From a virus (lineage: Duplodnaviria > Heunggongvirae > Uroviricota > Caudoviricetes): a stretch of DNA of 27,386 bases. Location of the stretch: positions 1-27,386 of IMG/VR virus record IMGVR_UViG_2648501669_000002. One strand, written 5' to 3'. Both the position numbers and the translations under genes were made by a program. The notes under the pieces were generated by a model. The model was not told the DNA's origin. It searched no databases and worked only from the letters and a program-made list of their open reading frames with translations. Below are positions 1 to 5,612 of this stretch, in pieces. Each line of letters begins with the position of its first letter. The first letter of the stretch is position 1.

Positions 1-149
1 CGGGGACGTGGGGAGACCGTCATCCCCGGTTCAAAGCTCTGCTGAACAATTGCGATCTTTTCCTGTGTGGTACGCCGTCTGCGTTTCTCCGGCCCTAAGA
101 CATCAATCATCTGTTCTCCAATGACTAGTCTAAAAACTAGTATTAAGAC

Positions 150-169
150 TATCACTTATTTAAGTGATA
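150..169. promoter_or_regulatory. Operator-like inverted repeat TATCACTT-N4-AAGTGATA upstream of the 210..485 ORF
   Basis: Read directly: 8-bp perfect arms with 4-bp spacer, about 40 nt upstream of the ATG at 210; adjacent ACTAGT palindromes at 124-129 and 136-141. The TATCAC half-site resembles lambdoid repressor operators (from memory). Confidence 0.4.
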
Positions 170-209
170 CTGGTTGTCTGGAGATTCAGGGGGCCAGTCT
201 AGATTTATC

Positions 210-485
210 ATGAGCAACATCAAGAATGTCAAAGAAACAACAAACGGTACATGTACTGAAGATAACATCAAGCCCTACATTTATGCCGGCCTATGTACTG
301 ATGAAGAGTTGATTGATTTTCTGGAAGTCGTTGTAGCTGAATTGAAATGCCGCAACAGGTTACCACTAAGACAACAACAATTACGGCATGAATTAAAAAA
401 CTACCAAGCTGAAATAGATAGAAACAATGAGTTTCTTAATTCAGTCGTGTATCGGCAGGATAAAAATCCCAAGCAGAATCCTTAA
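210..485 (+). CDS. Hypothetical small protein (91 aa) in AT-rich insert
   Basis: First in-frame ATG of track ORF 174..485 (the track start is a TTG). Long ORF in AT-rich DNA, where chance ORFs are rarer. No clear SD; predicted coiled-coil-like C-terminus. 3' end overlaps the convergent gene 436..903 by 50 nt. Confidence 0.4.
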   Translation: MSNIKNVKETTNGTCTEDNIKPYIYAGLCTDEELIDFLEVVVAELKCRNRLPLRQQQLRHELKNYQAEIDRNNEFLNSVVYRQDKNPKQNP

Positions 486-903
486 AATGCAACAGACTTT
501 CATCTTCATAACTTAAATCAGGCACTGGAGATGAGAGCTCGTACTTATAAAGAATCTGGATACGCTCGGATACATGCTCTGGTATTACATATGCATTAAT
601 ATCATTCCAGAGAACAATAAGTATGTCATGGAGACACATATTTTTGGCATCAGACAATGAAACGCCCTTTTGGGTGAAAAGATAATGATAAAGCACATTT
701 TTCCCGAAGAGGACTACGCACTTGGAATCAATATTTCTTCGATACTCGACAAGTAACAAATCCAATTTAAGGAGAATCAATGCTCGAGTAGCAACAAATG
801 CTGAGTTGGCTGTTTCTTTATCCAGCACCTCACGATAGGTTTTAGCAACTCGCTCGTAGTGTTTTTCAAAAATTCGCAGACACACAGAAGCATCTAATTC
901 CAT
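436..903 (-). CDS. Hypothetical protein (155 aa) in AT-rich insert
   Basis: In-frame Met 51 of track ORF 436..1053 (MELDASV...) preceded on the minus strand by AAGGAG with good spacing. Visibly AT-rich compared with the rest of the window. No family recognised. Confidence 0.55.
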   Translation of the reverse strand: MELDASVCLRIFEKHYERVAKTYREVLDKETANSAFVATRALILLKLDLLLVEYRRNIDSKCVVLFGKNVLYHYLFTQKGVSLSDAKNMCLHDILIVLWNDINAYVIPEHVSERIQILYKYELSSPVPDLSYEDESLLHFKDSAWDFYPADTRLN

Positions 904-996
904 AACAACTCCTTTGTGGTTAGTTGAACACGCGCCCTTTACAGCCCCTTCAAGACTGCGGGCGGTGGAAAAATACCACAAAACCATGCGCCGGGC

Positions 997-1395
997 ATGG
1001 CTAAAACCCGGCACAAATTCGCAACAGCAGCAGGATATTTTTGTATGAAGCAACGACGTAATTCTTCACAGCAGCGATTCCGCAACGGGGCGGAACGCCA
1101 CGCTAACCGCTTCGCTACCAGTGCATCACGTAGCAGCTCTCGCTACAGCCTGAGCGAAACGCACGCAACACCAGACGGACACGCTGTAAAACAAATCGGC
1201 GAGCATACCTGGCTGATTGAGAAAGCTGGAATCGTGGTCCACAAATGCCCGCGCAATCCGTTTACCGGAAACCGCATTTTTGCTCTGAGCAGCGGCGACA
1301 ATCAGTTCGGGCAGGATTTCACATTATACGAAGCGCTTCGCACGGTTGATCGTCTGCTGCGTGGACAGAGTTTTATTAAACAGGCTGATTTATAA
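997..1395 (+). CDS. Hypothetical protein (start uncertain)
   Basis: Track ORF of 132 aa. N-terminal third is low-complexity and basic and no convincing SD precedes 997, so the true start may be internal (ATG at 1045 or a later GTG/TTG). The C-terminal half looks protein-like. Confidence 0.35.
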   Translation: MAKTRHKFATAAGYFCMKQRRNSSQQRFRNGAERHANRFATSASRSSSRYSLSETHATPDGHAVKQIGEHTWLIEKAGIVVHKCPRNPFTGNRIFALSSGDNQFGQDFTLYEALRTVDRLLRGQSFIKQADL

Positions 1396-1405
1396 CAGGT
1401 GCTTT

Positions 1406-1693
1406 ATGACTAAAGACCATACTCAAGGTGTATTTATCCGCTTTATTGATTTTCGCGGTGAACTGTTATTACGCGCATCCGCTATTGATGGAGTGGCTCC
1501 GGCGGGGAAAAACGGAGCCGACGAAGCCACTTACGTTTATCTGAACGGCACGCGACTGATCGTGGAACTTCCGTACCAGACCGTACGCGAAATCATTAGC
1601 GAAGCTGAAAAGGCTCGTCAGGTTAATGGCGATAAACCCTATATCGAAATTATCTGTATGGATTCAGAAGCTGAAATCCAGAAGGCAGATTAA
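1406..1693 (+). CDS. Hypothetical early protein (95 aa)
   Basis: In-frame Met 21 of track ORF 1346..1693 (MTKDHTQGV...), directly after the stop of the preceding ORF at 1395; weak SD (AGGTG). Confidence 0.45.
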   Translation: MTKDHTQGVFIRFIDFRGELLLRASAIDGVAPAGKNGADEATYVYLNGTRLIVELPYQTVREIISEAEKARQVNGDKPYIEIICMDSEAEIQKAD

Positions 1694-1703
1694 AGGGTGT
1701 GCG

Positions 1704-1946
1704 ATGGACAAAGAATATAAAGCTCTTGTCAACAAAGCACTTGAGCGTTTTTATTTTCGCTTAAACACATCAGGGGCCCAGGCAGAACACGCAGCCTATG
1801 ATTCATTAGCGAGGGCAATCAGAAGCCTTTATGACGTGGCCTTTTACGCTGACGATTTGGATGCGATTAACGAACTTTCCGAACTCGTCTGCGCTGCAGA
1901 ATGCGGGGATCGCATTGAACCATATAAACTGGGGAATATCGCATGA
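1704..1946 (+). CDS. Hypothetical early protein (80 aa)
   Basis: In-frame Met 27 of track ORF 1626..1946 (MDKEYKALVN...) with AAAGGG about 6 nt upstream, just after the stop of the previous gene at 1693. Confidence 0.5.
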   Translation: MDKEYKALVNKALERFYFRLNTSGAQAEHAAYDSLARAIRSLYDVAFYADDLDAINELSELVCAAECGDRIEPYKLGNIA

Positions 1947-2056
1947 GTATATTTATGTCATGGATTGTTCTGATTATTTCGGTGGCCTGCGCAATCGGGA
2001 TTATGCGAATTATTCATTCAGTGAAAAAGATTGAGCGTTTTTTCTCTGACGAATAA
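1943..2056 (+). CDS. Small hydrophobic peptide (37 aa, single predicted TM helix)
   Basis: Not in the ORF track (under 60 aa). ATG overlaps the upstream stop as ATGA (1943-1946). Translation MSIFMSWIVLIISVACAIGIMRIIHSVKKIERFFSDE has a hydrophobic core then a basic tail. Lies in a short AT-rich patch. Confidence 0.35.
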   Translation: MSIFMSWIVLIISVACAIGIMRIIHSVKKIERFFSDE

Positions 2057-2149
2057 CAGCACAAATAAAAAACCAGATTAAATAAGAAAACGTGAAAACC
2101 ATCCGAATTAACGGAGGCATTCACACACGTAAATAATGGAGATACAAAA

Positions 2150-2560
2150 ATGAACGCAAAAGAAAAAGGCATTGTAACTGCGCTAAAAAATATATCGAAG
2201 ACCGCAAACAGAGCCATTCAGGATGCAACAAATGCAGGAATGATTGGGCCTGCCACCACAGCCATGATGATAGCAAGAGTAACCGCCGAAGCAGCCGAAA
2301 TTATCGAAAAACATGATGCTGAACTAACGGTTCTCAGAACACAACCAGTCACCGGACTGGATTTGTCTAACACCGGACGCCTTATTTACACAATTGGCTC
2401 GGAGCCACAGCAATACACCATTATCGCCGGATTACAGGATAAATACCTGATCACTCCTCACCCCATAAGGGAATCAGAAATTCTGACAAATCTCCGCCTG
2501 ATAGAGCGCTCTCAAGTCGCATTCATTGATGACGCACAGCGCACCGTATTTAACGCATAG
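2150..2560 (+). CDS. Hypothetical protein (136 aa)
   Basis: Track ORF with GGAG SD about 8 nt upstream of the ATG; no family recognised. Confidence 0.6.
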   Translation: MNAKEKGIVTALKNISKTANRAIQDATNAGMIGPATTAMMIARVTAEAAEIIEKHDAELTVLRTQPVTGLDLSNTGRLIYTIGSEPQQYTIIAGLQDKYLITPHPIRESEILTNLRLIERSQVAFIDDAQRTVFNA

Positions 2561-2583
2561 GGTTACTGGACAAAGGGGGCGCA

Positions 2584-2787
2584 ATGGCAATTAAGCGTTT
2601 TTCCGTCATTCGTTTCACATCCAGAGGGCGTGAATACGAAGTTGACGAACGGCTGATTAAAACGCTCGACCGTCACCGTTCGCAACCTGACGCGCATCAC
2701 ATTTATCTCACTGACGACACTTACTTCTGCGCCACCAACGTGGTGCAGGTGAACCTTATCCGACAGGTACAGGAGTCACGCAGATGA
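2584..2787 (+). CDS. Hypothetical small protein (67 aa)
   Basis: Track ORF preceded by AAGGGGG; stop overlaps the next start (ATGA at 2784-2787). Confidence 0.5.
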   Translation: MAIKRFSVIRFTSRGREYEVDERLIKTLDRHRSQPDAHHIYLTDDTYFCATNVVQVNLIRQVQESRR

Positions 2788-3029
2788 CCATTCTGGACTA
2801 CATCACAGCCAATCCGGGTTGTAGCGGTGGAGAAATCGCCGCCGCGCTGAATACCCCAACCACAGCCATTAATGCTGAGTTGCGCCGACTCTGGCGTGAC
2901 GGCTTAGTCATCAGAGAAGAGCGCAAAACAGGCGGTCGGTTCTCTTACCAGGTAAACCCGATGCCGTTCGGGTGTGGCAACCCACTTACTCACATGTTTA
3001 ACCAGCTACTGAAGGAAGCCAGAGCATGA
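2784..3029 (+). CDS. Small winged-helix DNA-binding protein (81 aa)
   Basis: Track ORF. Segment GCSGGEIAAALNTPTTAINAELRRLWRDGLVIREERKTGGRFSY has the helix-turn-helix plus wing pattern of small wHTH regulators; translationally coupled to neighbours on both sides. Confidence 0.6.
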   Translation: MTILDYITANPGCSGGEIAAALNTPTTAINAELRRLWRDGLVIREERKTGGRFSYQVNPMPFGCGNPLTHMFNQLLKEARA

Positions 3030-3325
3030 GCACCATCAACCACCAGGAACTACGCGAACTGGCAACTGACCTGCAACGAATGGCAACGCATCAAAAATTA
3101 CTGGCGTTTCGCGCAATGCTCTCGCCATCTGCCGTGTTGGCACTACTGGATGAGCTGGAGCACGCCAGAACCACACCTCTCGCCATTCGCCTGACACTCC
3201 GCCATGAAATCGAGGATTTCTGCGCACCGCTGGAGTCACTAGGCGAACCAGAAACGCCGGAAGCAATGCAACAAGAGTTGCTGCAACGCATCGACAAGGT
3301 TTTTGATTTCTTCCTTAACCAGTAA
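3026..3325 (+). CDS. Hypothetical protein (99 aa), possibly Ead/Ea22-like
   Basis: Track ORF. The ELRELA...VLALLDELEHAR motif is reminiscent of prophage Ead/Ea22-like N-termini; this is memory-based and weak. Confidence 0.5.
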   Translation: MSTINHQELRELATDLQRMATHQKLLAFRAMLSPSAVLALLDELEHARTTPLAIRLTLRHEIEDFCAPLESLGEPETPEAMQQELLQRIDKVFDFFLNQ

Positions 3326-3336
3326 AGGACCTCGAT

Positions 3337-3540
3337 ATGAACAAAAAGACCTGGTTTCGCGCATACATGTGGGCGCTGGTATGCGTCCTCGTTTCTCTCA
3401 TTCTGTATGCAGGACTACTCCCCCGAATGATTTCATCAGACAGCTCCTTCCTGGTATTGCTGGGCATTTTCATTGCCATGCTGTACCCGGCAGGCGTTGT
3501 TCGCCTTTTCAGTAGGTACATCAAGGAAATCAAACAATGA
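3337..3540 (+). CDS. Small membrane protein (67 aa, two predicted TM helices)
   Basis: Track ORF with AAAGGA SD. Two hydrophobic stretches (WALVCVLVSLILYAGLL and FLVLLGIFIAMLYPAGVV). Stop overlaps the start of the SPFH gene (ATGA at 3537-3540). Confidence 0.55.
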   Translation: MNKKTWFRAYMWALVCVLVSLILYAGLLPRMISSDSSFLVLLGIFIAMLYPAGVVRLFSRYIKEIKQ

Positions 3541-4367
3541 AGAAATTCAAACTCTTTCAGATTCTCCCGCTTTTTGCTGCCATCCTGCTGGTTGGTTGCG
3601 ATCGCGTTGAGCCAGGTAATGTGGGCATCAAAGTCAACAAACTGGGCGACGACAAAGGCGTCGGTGAAGTGGTTGGCGTTGGACGCTACTGGACAGGCTG
3701 GAATACAGAGGTTTACATCTTCCCAACCTTCAAACAAATGAAGACCTACGATGAGCCGTTCAGCTTTCAGATGAGTGACGGCACAACCATCGGCTATCAC
3801 ATCGGTGTGGCCTACAAGGTTGATCCATCCAAAGTTACTACAGTGTTTCAGACCTACCGCAAAGGCGTGGATGACATTACCGACACTGACCTGCGCCAGA
3901 AGATCGCCGACGCACTCAACCGACTGGCCAGCAAAATGACCACCGATAAATTTATCGACGGTGGCAAGTCTGAACTGCTGGATTCAGCACTTAAAGACAT
4001 TCAGGAGGAAATGACACCTATCGGCATTCAGGTAATGAGCCTCTCTTATGTCGGTAAACCGGAATACCCACCAACCGTTATCGACAGCATTAATGCCAAA
4101 GTTACGGCAAACCAGAAAACCCTGCAACGCGAACAGGAAGTCAAGCAACGTGAAGCAGAAGCCAACATGTTGCGCGCAGAAGCTGCCGGACAGGCTGATG
4201 CCATTCGCACAAAAGCCCAGGCTGAAGCCGACGCCATTCGTTTGCGTGGTGAAGCTCTGCGCCAGAACCCCGGCGTTATGGAGCTGGAAGCAATCAACAA
4301 ATGGAACGGCACGCTGCCGCAATACATGACCAGTAATACTGCTGTTCCGTTTGTTCCGGTGAAGTAA
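3537..4367 (+). CDS. SPFH/band-7 (prohibitin/HflK-like) domain lipoprotein
   Basis: Track ORF of 276 aa. N-terminal signal peptide with lipobox (LLVGC). Central region plus a Q/E/A/R-rich coiled-coil tail (QREQEVKQREAEANMLRAEAAGQADAIRTKAQAEADAIRLRGEA) is typical of SPFH proteins. Confidence 0.7.
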   Translation: MKKFKLFQILPLFAAILLVGCDRVEPGNVGIKVNKLGDDKGVGEVVGVGRYWTGWNTEVYIFPTFKQMKTYDEPFSFQMSDGTTIGYHIGVAYKVDPSKVTTVFQTYRKGVDDITDTDLRQKIADALNRLASKMTTDKFIDGGKSELLDSALKDIQEEMTPIGIQVMSLSYVGKPEYPPTVIDSINAKVTANQKTLQREQEVKQREAEANMLRAEAAGQADAIRTKAQAEADAIRLRGEALRQNPGVMELEAINKWNGTLPQYMTSNTAVPFVPVK

Positions 4368-4434
4368 TTCAACCCGGCCAGTGAAACCGCTGGCCGAAAA
4401 TATAACGAATAAACAAAAAGCCAGAGGACAGAAC

Positions 4435-4581
4435 ATGCACAAAGCCTTTGAACGATGGATGCGCCAGCGTTACGGCAATCGCTATGACCTGACAAGGGAT
4501 GTTGATGGCTACTACTGCCGCGAAATTGTGAAACGAATGTTTGAAGTGTGGTGTCACGCTCACGGCCTGTACGCCGTGTAA
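4435..4581 (+). CDS. Hypothetical small protein (48 aa)
   Basis: In-frame Met 19 of track ORF 4381..4581 with AGAGGA SD 6 nt upstream; last gene of the rightward early block before a terminator. Confidence 0.4.
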   Translation: MHKAFERWMRQRYGNRYDLTRDVDGYYCREIVKRMFEVWCHAHGLYAV

Positions 4582-4719
4582 TCCATGTCACTGTCAGAAG
4601 ATTAACCCATGTACACACAAAAAAACCGCTTGCCATGCCGTAATCAGTCAGGTTACATTTCCGCTGCACCTCATAAAACGGGTGCCGGGTTTCGCAGCCT
4701 GCTGACAACCAAAGCGCAC

Positions 4720-4740
4720 AACCGCGCCAGCGGTTTTTTT
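4720..4740 (+). terminator. Candidate rho-independent terminator
   Basis: Read directly: stem AACCGC/GCGGTT with GCCA loop, followed by a 7-T run (AACCGCGCCAGCGGTTTTTTT). Confidence 0.5.
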
Positions 4741-4752
4741 GTGCGTACTGTA

Positions 4753-4781
4753 TTGCCACGTCTTTTTCGCACACGAATTAT
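4753..4781 (+). promoter_or_regulatory. Candidate sigma70 promoter (TTGCCA-17 nt-AATTAT)
   Basis: Read directly; predicted start site falls at the 5' edge of the structured GC-rich element. Not scored computationally. Confidence 0.35.
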
Positions 4782-4788
4782 GGCGGGG

Positions 4789-4850
4789 CGTACGGGGCCG
4801 ACTTCGGTCGGGCCGGGTTCTTTGGTTGCCGGTACTGCGAACCCCGTACG
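4789..4850 (+). other. GC-rich nested stem-loop element (possible structured 5' leader, small RNA or protein-binding site)
   Basis: 9-bp inverted repeat CGTACGGGG (4789-4797) / CCCCGTACG (4842-4850) enclosing a 5-bp stem with UUCG tetraloop (4798-4811) and CCGG-containing dyads; non-coding in any convincing frame. Confidence 0.3.
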
Positions 4851-4919
4851 TCTCGCCACCCACAGTTTCGCAGCTCTGGATGGTGAGTTTTCAAAACTTA
4901 CAACCAAAGAGGCCACCCC

Positions 4920-5150
4920 ATGGCAAACCGCAAACAGCACCGCGCTATCGCGGAGCGTCGTCACATCCAGACTGAAATCAACCGCAGACTTTCCCGCGCA
5001 TTCCGCGTCGCTAAAATCATGCACATCAATATGCTGCATGAGCGTAGCTGCGAACTTTCAAACCTCTATTCATCCGCTGTTTTCAGCTATCTGGCGGATG
5101 ATCTGCGCGAGCTTCAGCAGCTCATCCAGCAGCAAAACAAACTCCATTAA
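4920..5150 (+). CDS. Hypothetical small basic protein (76 aa)
   Basis: Track ORF with AAAGAGG SD 7 nt upstream; first gene downstream of the promoter and leader candidate. Confidence 0.45.
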   Translation: MANRKQHRAIAERRHIQTEINRRLSRAFRVAKIMHINMLHERSCELSNLYSSAVFSYLADDLRELQQLIQQQNKLH

Positions 5151-5222
5151 TTCCTGTTCCGGGCCTTTCCTGCACCTTGCGGCGGGAGGCCTTCGCACAT
5201 CTGTAGTAAAGAGAATTGCAGC

Positions 5223-5612
5223 ATGATTGACGCTCATGACTTCACAAGATGGGTGCGGACACAGGACACCCGTCTGGCTCCCGTTCTTCAGGGATTATTT
5301 GATCTTTACATCCGTGGTCGTGACAACAGAGCACGCACTACAAAACCGGAGAATGCGGACACCCTTTATTTCACAGTAGACGACTGCTACCGCGTGGACT
5401 TCACACCACACGGGCTGGCGTTGCACTGCCTGACACCACACGGCGAATCACTGCTGGCGTATTACGACTCCCCGGCCTCCGTATTCGCGGCAATGCTGGC
5501 GCATCGCACTGCTGGCGGGTGTGCCTCGCTGAGTGAATACACCGCTGAATTTAACCGCCTTTCCGCCATCTTCTCGCAGGAGTGGCAGCGCGTGACGGGA
5601 TACCAGCCATGA
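5223..5612 (+). CDS. Hypothetical protein (129 aa), translationally coupled to gpA
   Basis: Track ORF with AAAGAG SD; stop overlaps the ATG of the replication gene (ATGA at 5609-5612). Confidence 0.55.
   Translation: MIDAHDFTRWVRTQDTRLAPVLQGLFDLYIRGRDNRARTTKPENADTLYFTVDDCYRVDFTPHGLALHCLTPHGESLLAYYDSPASVFAAMLAHRTAGGCASLSEYTAEFNRLSAIFSQEWQRVTGYQP

Noticed and set aside
174-209. TTG start at 174 for the first plus-strand ORF
   Set aside because: The track start is a TTG with no SD; the in-frame ATG at 210 is a more conventional start, though it is weakly supported too.
1831-2034. 67-aa plus-strand ORF overlapping the 1704..1946 gene and the small membrane peptide
   Set aside because: It sits in another frame across two better-supported coupled ORFs and has no SD; likely spurious.
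4781-4800. P2-type cos site (the GGCGGGG core)
   Set aside because: Only a 7-nt core resembles the P2 cohesive end as I remember it and the flanking bases do not match; too weak to call without alignment.
4789-4850. Possible tRNA or tmRNA-like structure
   Set aside because: The stems do not form a cloverleaf, there is no GTTC T-loop motif and no CCA-proximal acceptor stem, and no integrase is adjacent; retained only as a generic structured element.
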